Assembly (NCBI RefSeq): GCF_964355755.1
Contig: NC_092673.1
Span: forward strand, 34,903,648-34,967,647
DNA: 64,000 nt
Source of the DNA: Antedon mediterranea
Taxonomy: Eukaryota; Animalia; Echinodermata
Reading direction: 5' to 3'
A program made the translations under genes and the position numbers. The notes below the pieces were generated by a model, which made no database searches, was not told the origin of the DNA, and saw only the letters and a program-made list of their open reading frames with translations. Shown here one piece after another: positions 54,206-64,000 of the stretch (the stretch's first letter is position 1; every line of letters starts with the position of its first letter).

Positions 54206-54844
54206 TCGCTTCGCTCGCACCCCCCATTATAAATGCTGCATACGGGCCTGCAAAGGGACAATACATCTTTAAACTATGCATAAATAGCGCGCTCATTTGT
54301 TATTAGCCCTCTCTAGACGTGATGAAAGATCGTTTGTGATTGGTCAATACTCACAGTAGTAACCTGGTACGCGACAAACATCCGGTGATTCGGCTCCTCG
54401 AAGAAGATGAATTATTATTTATTCGGCCTACCTGATAATAATATTATTTTTATTAATGTAGGCTTATTGATGGATATTCTTTGGTTAATTTAAACGACTT
54501 AGGCCTAAGTGAATATTTTATATCCAAGGAATCATTAATTAGTAATTATCTGTATATTATTCTTCGCAAGGTAAGGTGATGCAACACCAAACTAGGCAGG
54601 CTTATTACATAAAGGAGGCCTAGCTACCCGACCCAGTAGATATTCAACTTGTTGTTGGCTATATAATATAACAGATATCCCCTTTTATATCGGTAAAATA
54701 TAAGATTTAACATCCCCTTGGGAATGATATTATGTTCTGGAGAAATATATTTCCCACAGCTAGCGTTTCGGGAAATATATATTCCCGTGAATAAAATATC
54801 ATTCCCTCGGTGATGTCAAATCTTATATTTAACCTCTAAGCAGG

Positions 54845-55324
54845 CATACTATATTGCATGGATACTATATTGCGTGTACTATATTGCGTGTGCTATATTG
54901 CGTGTGCTATATTGCGTGTGCTATATTGCGTGTGCTATATTGCGTGTGCTATATTGCGTGTGCTATATTGCGTGTGCTATATTGCGTGTGCTATATTGCG
55001 TGTGCTATATTGCGTGTGCTATATTGCGTGTGCTATATTGCGTGTGCTATATTGCGTGTGCTATATTGCGTGTACTATATTGCGTGTACTATATTGCGTG
55101 TACTATATTGCGTGTACTATATTGCGTGTACTATATTGCGTGTACTATATTGCGTGTACTATATTGCGTGTACTATATTGCGTGTACTATATTGCGTGCA
55201 CTATATTGCGTGCACTATATCGCGTGCACTATATCGCGTGCACTATATCGCGTGCACTATATCGCGTGTACTATATCGCATGTACTATATCGCATGTACT
55301 ATATTACATGTACTATATTGCATG
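54845..55324. repeat. 15-bp intronic minisatellite (cgtgtRctatattg-type), ~32 copies
   Basis: Paralogous in position to 4475-4951; variant units occur in contiguous blocks. Confidence 0.95.
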
Positions 55325-55368
55325 TTTATAAAATTATAATGGTATTGTCTTATTTGTTTACATTTTAG

Positions 55369-55905
55369 AAATCTCAGTGGAAGCATTTAATGAACTGTTG
55401 ACTGATACAGCAAATTGGTATGACCGACTTGGATACCTCAAAGCGTTGAAACTTTTATACAAAGACCATTTGAAAAAATCTAATGTAGCAGTGTCTAATG
55501 CTAAAAGTGTCTGGGATCTACTACAGGATTTAACAGGCTCTGGAAGTTTAAGTCCATCAAATCTTACTATCATATACGACACAATAAAGATAACCAAGCA
55601 ATTTGGCTTTAAATCAAACGTTAAGAATCAACCTCCAGAAGATATTAAGAACCATGTAGTATCAATGTTGACATCTTACAGACAGAAGCTTTTTCAGCTG
55701 GGATTAGAACTTAAAAAGGATGAAGTATCAAAACTTGATTTTCGATTTAACAATCCATTATTAAAGAACTATCCAGATAGCTGGAGTTTGATTAAGGATT
55801 TTGAAGATAGAAAGATCATTGATAGCGATTATGCAAGGATGGAGGAGTTTCTTAATGTTTTAGAAAGAAATAGAATGACAAAGGCTGGGAACATTTTCCT
55901 TGATG
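55369..55905 (+). CDS. NLR copy 2, tandem-DED exon 1
   Basis: ttttag|AA ... G|gttagt; 537 nt; highly similar to 4990-5526. Confidence 0.85.
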
Positions 55906-56558
55906 GTTAGTTTCTTTGTTTCTTTTTTTTGTATATTATATAGCTGTAGTGCCTTGATATTTTAAATCATGCAGCCAATAGTTATATAGTTCTTGCACCT
56001 TCTAATCCCATGATGTGTTAAGAATGGAAAATTTTTTAAATCAATTTCTTGGATTAGTAATCTTAGTTATGTATAAGTTGCAGTCAAAGGTTATGAATAC
56101 AAACTAAATTTATTGTAAACTAGTTAAAAAATAATACAGGATGATCAATTGAGTGTACTAAACATTTATATATATATATATATATATATATTATCCCCCT
56201 GAAAAAATAATCTAAAGAAAAATAAATTATTTTTATCTTACTAAACAAGGCTATCAAACAACTCGGCTTGCCAAGATAGGCTATCATAACAGACTTTAAT
56301 TTGTTGTTTGGCTTAACGAATTCATGCACACCATACATTGTGTTATCCTAGTGAAATTTTGTGGAAGCCAGTTGACCACTGGCAAATCAATAGTAAATCA
56401 TAATAGTATTGCGTCCAAACCATAATGTTTGATCCAGCAATTTAAGTCTGGTTCTTTACAAGTTTTGTTTAACTCTTTACTGTGGATGAATTAATCCACT
56501 GACTATTATTTGTATGTTTTAAAATTAAAATAGTGTTTTACTCATTTTCCCATAATAG

Positions 56559-57089
56559 AAATGTCAGTCGAGGATTATAATCAACTGTTGATTGATACAG
56601 CAGAATGGTATGATCGACTTGGATACCTCAAACCCTTGAAATTATTATATAAAGACCATCTGACAAAATCTAACACCGGTATAACTAGAGCTGAAAGTGT
56701 CAAGGATCTACTACAGGATTTAACAGCCTCTGGGAAATTGAGTTCATCAAATCTAACTCTTCTGTATGACACAGTAAAAATAACTAAGCAATTTGGCTTT
56801 AAGTCAACAGTTAAAAATCAGCCTCCAGAAGATATTGAGAAACATGGATGGATGCTGACACCATACAGACAAAAGATTTTTAAGTTAGGATTAGAACTTA
56901 AAGAAGATGAAGTATACACATTAGATTCTTTATACAACAATCCACCAAAGAAATATCAAGACAGCTGGAGTTTGATTGAAGATTTTGAAGACAGAGAGAT
57001 CATTGATAAGGATTTTAAAAAAATGGACACATTTCTTACATATTTGGACAGAAATGGAATGACAGGAGCTACGAGGATATTCATTGATG
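56559..57089 (+). CDS. NLR copy 2, tandem-DED exon 2 (intact)
   Basis: aatag|AA ATG ... G|gttagt; 531 nt, open frame. Confidence 0.85.
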
Positions 57090-58018
57090 GTTAGTTTATT
57101 TGTTTATTGAATATTAATTAGTGTCTTTTAGTGTAATAGGACAATGATTTGAGTGTTTTGTGTTTCAAATTAAATATTTTAGGCAGATTTATACTTTTCC
57201 TTAGTTTTATTATGATTTAGCCTTAAATGTAAAATACATTCATCTTAGGATATTTAAAAGTAATATTGCACTGTTTTATATTTGAACTATTGTAATTAAA
57301 ATATTGTAGTAAAGTGGGTGAAATTTGTTGTTTTTAATTATGTATAGGCCTACTTTACTACAGTAGTTTGTATAATGAAAGCAGTACCTTTGTACAGTAT
57401 GTTACTGTTCTTATTAACTAACTGAGTCTTAAATAAAATTAGTTTTTACCTACAACCTATTCATTTCATATAAACATATTTAAATAAATTTTTTTCAGAA
57501 TAAATACCAGTAGAAAGTTTGTTATTGATAAATATTATATGTTGTTGTATTTAAATAATTTTGAACCACTTTTTGTCAGACAGACAATTACTATTAATTA
57601 TTAGGTTAATTATATCACACAGTGAATCATTTTTAATTAATAGTAAAATTTCTTTCTTTTCCTTATCAGCAAACTAAATCAATTTATTCAAATGGCAATA
57701 GAGCCAATGAATAAAAGGCGAAACAAACATTAAATCATGCAATTATATAATGGACAGCATAAAATTGGTGTCATTATGGCCAATTAGCATATTGCATAAT
57801 AATTAGGTTATTAATTATTATAATTCCACAACAAGAATATCATTAAAATTTATCTAAAGAATGCTAACAATAGCAAAATGTTTTAGGTGGTGGGCAGCCA
57901 CATGATACCCCCACGGGGGCCCTTCTTTACAAGATACTAGATATATTTCTTGTTACTTTTATAAACATAAATCATACAAACTGTGACGTATTATTGTATT
58001 GATATTTTTTTTACTTAG

Positions 58019-58093
58019 ATGTGGAATCAAATGAAAGAGTAATGAAGCCTTCTTCTTTAAACTTGGAACAACAACTATCACCAACAGATAAAG
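58019..58093 (+). CDS. NLR copy 2, 75-nt linker exon
   Basis: cttag|AT GTG GAA ... AAA G|gtatag. Confidence 0.8.
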
Positions 58094-58874
58094 GTATAGT
58101 AACAATAACAACAGCGGAATGTTTTCTCTCACGTGTACCGTGAAGTCACATGGTCTCTCTGTACTGATCATTAATACACATGAATTTATAGCAATGAATT
58201 TGTCCGAATTCTGTTAAATAAATAAACTTTTTATTTTTTATAAACATTTAATGACATGTTTTATTGATATTTCCAATGGTGATATATAAAATAAATTACT
58301 AAAAAACGTAATTATTAATTATTAACGACAAATGGCGTAGTTAATAGAAATGTCGACAGAGGATGCAAATTGTTTACATCGTTCGTGGCTGGCTAAAATT
58401 GATCATTTTTGGCGATGTTTTAGACCCTATATTTAAAAAACTACAGGTTTTCATAATTCTTTCTTTATTGCAATATTAATACAAAATACTAACAGATAAT
58501 ATTTAATTTGGTTGAAAAATAACAACTTTTAATTTTGCATCATTATCCCTATATGGACAACATGAACTATTATGCAGTCCTAGAACTTATTTAATCACCA
58601 CCTTGTATAGGTAATTACATTCATTTTGTCGGAAAATTTGCGATTCCGCCCGAAAAAGCACCAATACCCCCCCCCCCCCCATCCTGCCGTGCATACGCCA
58701 CTGAATAGTTGTGTTAGTTACGTCTTCAGATACCATCTACATTCATCCTCAATGGTTCAAATTACATTCTCAAAACAATGTTGATGAAGATCAGTTTGAT
58801 ATCAAGTTGAAACACACATTATTTTTTTTTATTTATACATATTTTGTAAGATTCTTTTATTTTCATTTTTGCAG

Positions 58875-59414
58875 ACAAAACTGAAGCTGATGTTGATGCC
58901 TTGTACCTCAAGGATAAGTTCCAAACTTTAAAATCTGAACTTAGCAATATCTATGAGGGTCAGTTTTACAAGTGGTTAAGATTCTGCCTGTTTGATAAGA
59001 TATGTGTGGAAGATTTTACCCGTGATGACGGTACAGGATTTTTTTTATTTAACGAACTTCAACGAACTGGTAAAATCACACCTTATAAATTTACTGTTCT
59101 GTTGGATATTGCAATTTTAACCGGTTTCAGGGAAGCTGAAGATCTGGTAATTCAGTATATGGTAGATGACAATGTTGAACCTAATGATGACGAAAGGTTG
59201 TCATTGTTTCGAAAACAACTTTTCCGGGCTTTAAGAGAAATTGGACAAAATGAGTTGAAGAAGGTTAATCATAATTATGATGTACTGATAAAATTAGAAT
59301 TGACAAATATTTGGGATGCTGTGCTAATACTAGAGAGGGAAAAACTCCTAAACACACCTGCACAAATAGATAAGTTTGCACATCTTCTTGGAAAATCCGC
59401 ACAGAGACTACTCG
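58875..59414 (+). CDS. NLR copy 2, tandem-DED exon 3
   Basis: ttgcag|AC ... CTC G|gtatgt; 540 nt; paralog of 8018-8548. Confidence 0.82.
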
Positions 59415-59639
59415 GTATGTATTCTTCTTTTTTTTCTGTGTCAGTGCTTCGATATGAAACAGCTAGAGTTAAAAAGAAAACAATCATGGATGAAAAATGT
59501 TCACAAACTGGGTCATATTTCTCAAAATTTATTAAAAATTTCCCTTCCCTTATTCCTATTATTTCAGAATAAAGACTAGTCCAAGCACACTGTTCGATGT
59601 GATGTTCTAAAGATAATATTTTTTTTTATTTAGATGCAG

Positions 59640-59681
59640 AATCGACTGAAAGAGTAATGAAGTTATCACCAATAGATAAAG
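59640..59681 (+). CDS. NLR copy 2, 42-nt linker exon (alternative in-frame acceptor gives a start at 59634)
   Basis: tagatgcag|AA TCG ... AAA G|gtaat. Confidence 0.72.
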
Positions 59682-59944
59682 GTAATGTTATAATAACATT
59701 GAGTGTTAATAATTTTAGCACAAAAAAAAAATATTTGAATTTAACAATTTTAGCACAAAAAAAAATGATATTTGAATTTATCCAATTGATTGTATCATTA
59801 AATTTGATTGTATATTATGTTTGATGTCACTTAGATCTAGAACATACTCTAATTGATTTTATCATTGATTGTATATTTTGGGTGGCATACAGCTGGGTAT
59901 AACTACAGAGAAGGTAAACTCTTTCCTAGACCAGAATCTTTAGA

Positions 59945-61940
59945 TGGAGTTATGAATTTCTCCCAATGATTGGTTCCAATATTTCTAAACCTATTTGATA
60001 TTAAAGGACAGGACGGGCCAAATATTACCGATCAATTGGACGTACGTAATCGAAGAGAAAATGATGTATGGAATGAATATTTTGATAGTCCGGTTTCAAA
60101 TGATGAAATCAGTGAAGCCATACAGAATTTTAAGAATTGAAAGGCCACAGGCATAGATGGATTTCCATCGGAGTTCTTTAAATATAGCCCTGTAATCGGA
60201 TCTCCTTATTAAATTATTTAATCTAATTTTAATTACCGGGTAATTCCCACTTGAATGGGCTTCGTGTCTTATTGTCCCCATACACAAAAAGGGCTCTAGA
60301 AATGACCCAGAAACTATCGCGGTATTTCATTGCTCCCAGCCATGAATACAATTTTCTCGAAAATTATACTTAATAGACTTGAGTTTTGGGCAGAAACAGA
60401 AGAAATATTTTACCACGAACAGGGAGGGTTCCGTAAAGGGACGATAGATAACGTGTTCATGATCGATACTGTAATAAATACATTTTTCCACGTAAAAGGG
60501 GAAGGGTATACATTGCTTTTGTAGACTTTCAAAAGGCTTTTGACCTTATTAGTCATAAAAGGCCCCTACACAAATTGAAAATGTTTGGTATCATAGGAAA
60601 TATATATAATGTATTGAATTCAATGTACATGCAGATATTAAAATGCATGAGTAAAATCATCACTCGGGATCACAGAGTGGTTTAAATTTACAGCTGGGGT
60701 CCAACAGGGATCCTTACTGTCACCTTTTCTTTTTAAATTGTTTATATTCAGATTTAAGTGAACAATTAAATAGGGACGATGTACAAACTACATCTTGGAG
60801 AGTGTTATTTCAGTCACCTCTTATTTACAGATGACCTTGCCCTAGCAATACAGTATTTGGTTTACAAAAGAAACTAAACATGTTGTCTGTTTATTGCCGC
60901 ACGTGGGGTTTTAAGGTGAATATTGATAAAACTAAAATTATTGTTTTTAAACATGGAGGTTTTCTCAAAAAGACCGAAAAATGGTATTTTGAGGGGACTC
61001 AAGTTAATGTTGTCAATATGTTTAAATGCCTGGGCAGTATGTTGAGTTGTAGTAGTAACTGGTTGAAAGTCCAACAACATACAGCTTCTCAAGCCAACAA
61101 GGCACGCGCGATGTTTTGACTTCAAAAAGCCTACAAAGATTTGGTCATCTTCCCATTGATATTCTTTTAAAGATATTTGATTCTAAAATTCTCCCCATTT
61201 TATTACCGGATGTGAGTTATGGGGGTTTGAAGATAATATTCTAATTTAATGTTAAGTCCAATATTTTACATTATTATGTTTTACGTTTTTGTTGTACAAT
61301 CTGCTCTTTCACTTTGTATACTTATATGGTTAAATGAACTGAACTTAAATAGTAAGAAAAAATTTAATTTGATTATTAAGCAAGCAGGTAAAATTATATA
61401 ATAGGCACCGATGTTAAATTGTTAGAACACTTATGTAATGAAATGATGTTACTCACCCTGTCTTTGATACCCTTGTTACCTGCAGATCAGGTAGATTACT
61501 CCACCCCAATGTCAAAACAAACAGATTTAGAAACACATATATTCCATCAGCTATCAAGTTGTATAATAGAGATTTTAAACGCTAGTCCGCTTATTACTCA
61601 TGTTTCTGTTACATTTCTCTGTTTATTATTTATTTTAGTCTTGTAATTTATGTTATATTCATACTAACTTGAGTGTACCTAAGGAACCATATCTCATAAC
61701 TGTATATTTTTGCCGTTTTATCGTATCGTATCGTAATAATTCTGCCGCTATGCCTTGCGAATTCCAAAGACAGCTCCAAACCCTGCAGTTAGAGGTGAAC
61801 TTGAAAGAAATACTTTCTTGCTAACAAGAATTATTATTAGTATCAACTATTGGCTGTATATTTTATTGTTGTGTCCAAGTAGATATTTATGGCAGTGCTA
61901 TAATTTTCCATATAACAAGGCACAACGAGGACAAACTCAA
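59945..61940 (+). mobile_element. Decayed LINE RT (RTE-X-like), fragmented
   Basis: KATGIDG, PIHKKGSRNDPENYRGISLL, EQGGFRKG, VDFQKAFD, GVQQGSLLSP, LFTDDL with many frameshifts; unrelated insert at ~61245-61735. Confidence 0.8.
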
Positions 61941-62229
61941 CAATTCTCCGCCCTGCATTACACGTTTCAAAATCATTTAAGCAATATGTTTATTTCCAAT
62001 TTTTCTATTCACAATTACCCTACACGTTCTAGAACAGATATTCACATACCTATCCACAACACCAATTATTTTCAAAAAACAGTACTGTATTAGATACTCT
62101 GGTTCATCAATGATGAACAGTCTACCTCCCCCAATTACAAATGCTGTACTTCATTTTCCAACAAATTAAAACGACACCCAATGTTAAACGACACCCAATG
62201 TTAAACGACACCCAATGTTAAACTATTAA

Positions 62230-64000
62230 AAGATAACAATCGAATGTCGCAATTTGATTTTTGCTGCTGTACTTTGATCTTCTGTGGTTTTGAGTTTTAT
62301 TTACTGATACTACAAACTGATTGATTTTTTATTTATTTCAAGATACACACATCTTCTCAGGATTATTTTTAGTAAAGCCATTGTTTCAACCAAGGAAGTC
62401 CTTTGTTTCAGAGAAGTTTACTAATAGCATTGGAATGTAGGTTCTTTGTTCTCAGATGATTCAAAATGTTGCAGCTAATGAACAGTTCGTTTCTCTTTGC
62501 TGTTTTGGCTTCAGCAATGTGTGTTATACGTATTAAAACAACGTATAAACCAACAATTGATGATGAATTCACACCCATTATGAATCGCCTGACAAAAGAC
62601 AACTGGACATCTCCTACTTTATAAATCCTGACAACTTATCAATTAAATCTCCAATATGCCAACTACTTGCACTTTCCAAGAAAACCACCACACTTTGTCG
62701 ATTAAAGAAGCAAAATCTGATCAAACTGAGTATCCTTATTATGATTGCTGGTGATGTTGCATCAAATCCTGGACCTGTTAACCAACAAGCACAAAATGAC
62801 TTCAATTTAAACTGTTTCAAAAAACGAGGCTTACATTTTGTACACCTCAATATTCGTTCGCTACTTCCAAAAATTTCAGAACTCCGTTTACTAGCTCAAC
62901 AAACCAAAGCGGCAGTATTAGCATTATCTGAAACTTGGTTAGACAACAGTGTAACAGATGCTGAAGTAGAGATTCAAGGTTATACAATCACAAGGAAAGA
63001 CAGAAATCGAAATGGAGGAGGAGTGTGTATCTACATAAGAAATGATGTATCGTTCAATACAAAACCTGAAATGAATATTGACAGTCTAGAATCAATTTGG
63101 ATTGATATATTGCTACCCAAGTCGAAACCTATTGCTGTTGGATGTTTTTATCGCCCTCCCACTTGTAAAGCATTTTTTGAAAACTTAGAGTCATCCTTCT
63201 TAAACTTAAGATCTGATTGTGAATTGTATCTTTTAGGTGATTTTAATATTAATTTTAATAGTCAAGATGAACCACTATTGAAAAGGTATAAAGATGTATT
63301 AAGTTTATTTAATTGTTCTCAAATTATAGACATCCCTACTAGAATAACCGATACTACAGCTACTACTCTTGATCATATAATTACCAATTCAAAAGAAAAA
63401 ATATTACAATATGGTACTTTAAATGTTGGTCTAAGTGATCACTTGATCACATATTGTACCCGTAAAATATGGAGATGTCAAATTAACAGACATAATACAA
63501 TACGTATTCGTAGCATGAGACATTACAATAAGGAGTCTTTGCTTAACAAACTTGCTAATGTTAATTGGGAGTCAACTTTATCATGTAACAAAGTAAATGA
63601 GGCTTGGTTTAAGTTTAAAACTGTATTTGTAGGTGTCATTGACGAAATAGCTCCTGTGAAAGAAGTTAGAATTAAATGTAGAACTGAACCTTGGATGAAT
63701 GATAATATCCTTCTGGATATTCGTCAAAGAGACAAACACCTATTTTTATTTAAGAAATTCCATTGTAAAGACATGTACTCTAAATATTGTAAATTAAGAA
63801 ATAAGATACAAAGAGAAAGCTAAGTTAAGAAAGCTAAATCAGAATATCTCAAAACTAAGATTGAGGAAAACAAGGGTAATCCCAAAAAACTTTGGCAAAC
63901 CCTAAAATCTACAGGTTTTAGTCAACAAAGTAAATCTCAAAATACAATTGTACTTAATAATAATGGTCATCCATGCACTGAACCATTTTCTGTAGCTAAT
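62230..64000 (+). mobile_element. CR1/L2-clade LINE 5' part (2A-like motif and APE endonuclease), runs off window
   Basis: GDVASNPGP, HLNIRSL, ALSETWL, YRPP, GDFN, LDH, SDH; frameshift near 63820. Confidence 0.9.

Larger units (their letters stand above)
51014..54250 (+). mobile_element. Non-autonomous CAGGCCCGTA-terminal element, second layer
   Basis: TIRs caggcccgtatccag and ctgcatacgggcctg; caaag duplicated at 51009-51013 and 54251-54255. Confidence 0.8.
50637..54268. mobile_element. Kolobok-like MITE, outermost recognised layer of a nest
   Basis: TTAA-agatgtattgtccct ... agggacaatacatct-TTAA. Confidence 0.75.

Overview
AT-rich eukaryotic (metazoan invertebrate-like) genomic DNA with spliceosomal introns, not prokaryotic. 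The window holds two same-strand paralogs of a multi-DED NOD-like receptor (NLR) gene, offset by about 50.4 kb. Copy 1 (4990-18498, start exon upstream of the window) has three phase 1-1 exons each encoding a tandem death-effector-domain pair (6 DEDs), two small linker exons, and one 8.7-kb exon. That exon encodes NACHT, 17 copies of a 119-aa (357-bp) four-LRR super-repeat with a variable, mosaic binding face, an acidic low-complexity spacer and a hydrophobic C-terminal tail. Copy 1 has an in-frame TAA in its second DED exon. Copy 2 (ATG at 50207) has intact DED and linker exons; its NACHT exon is not in the window, and LINE insertions follow the last linker exon. The rest is tandem repeats (62, 15, 57, 44, 80, 51, 51 and 44 bp units), LINEs (one nested in another, one with a 2A-like NPGP motif), tRNA-derived SINEs, MITEs, a Sola2-like element in a four-level nest, and a local A-B-A-B-A duplication. 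All domain and transposon family calls come from motif recognition by eye; no searches were run.
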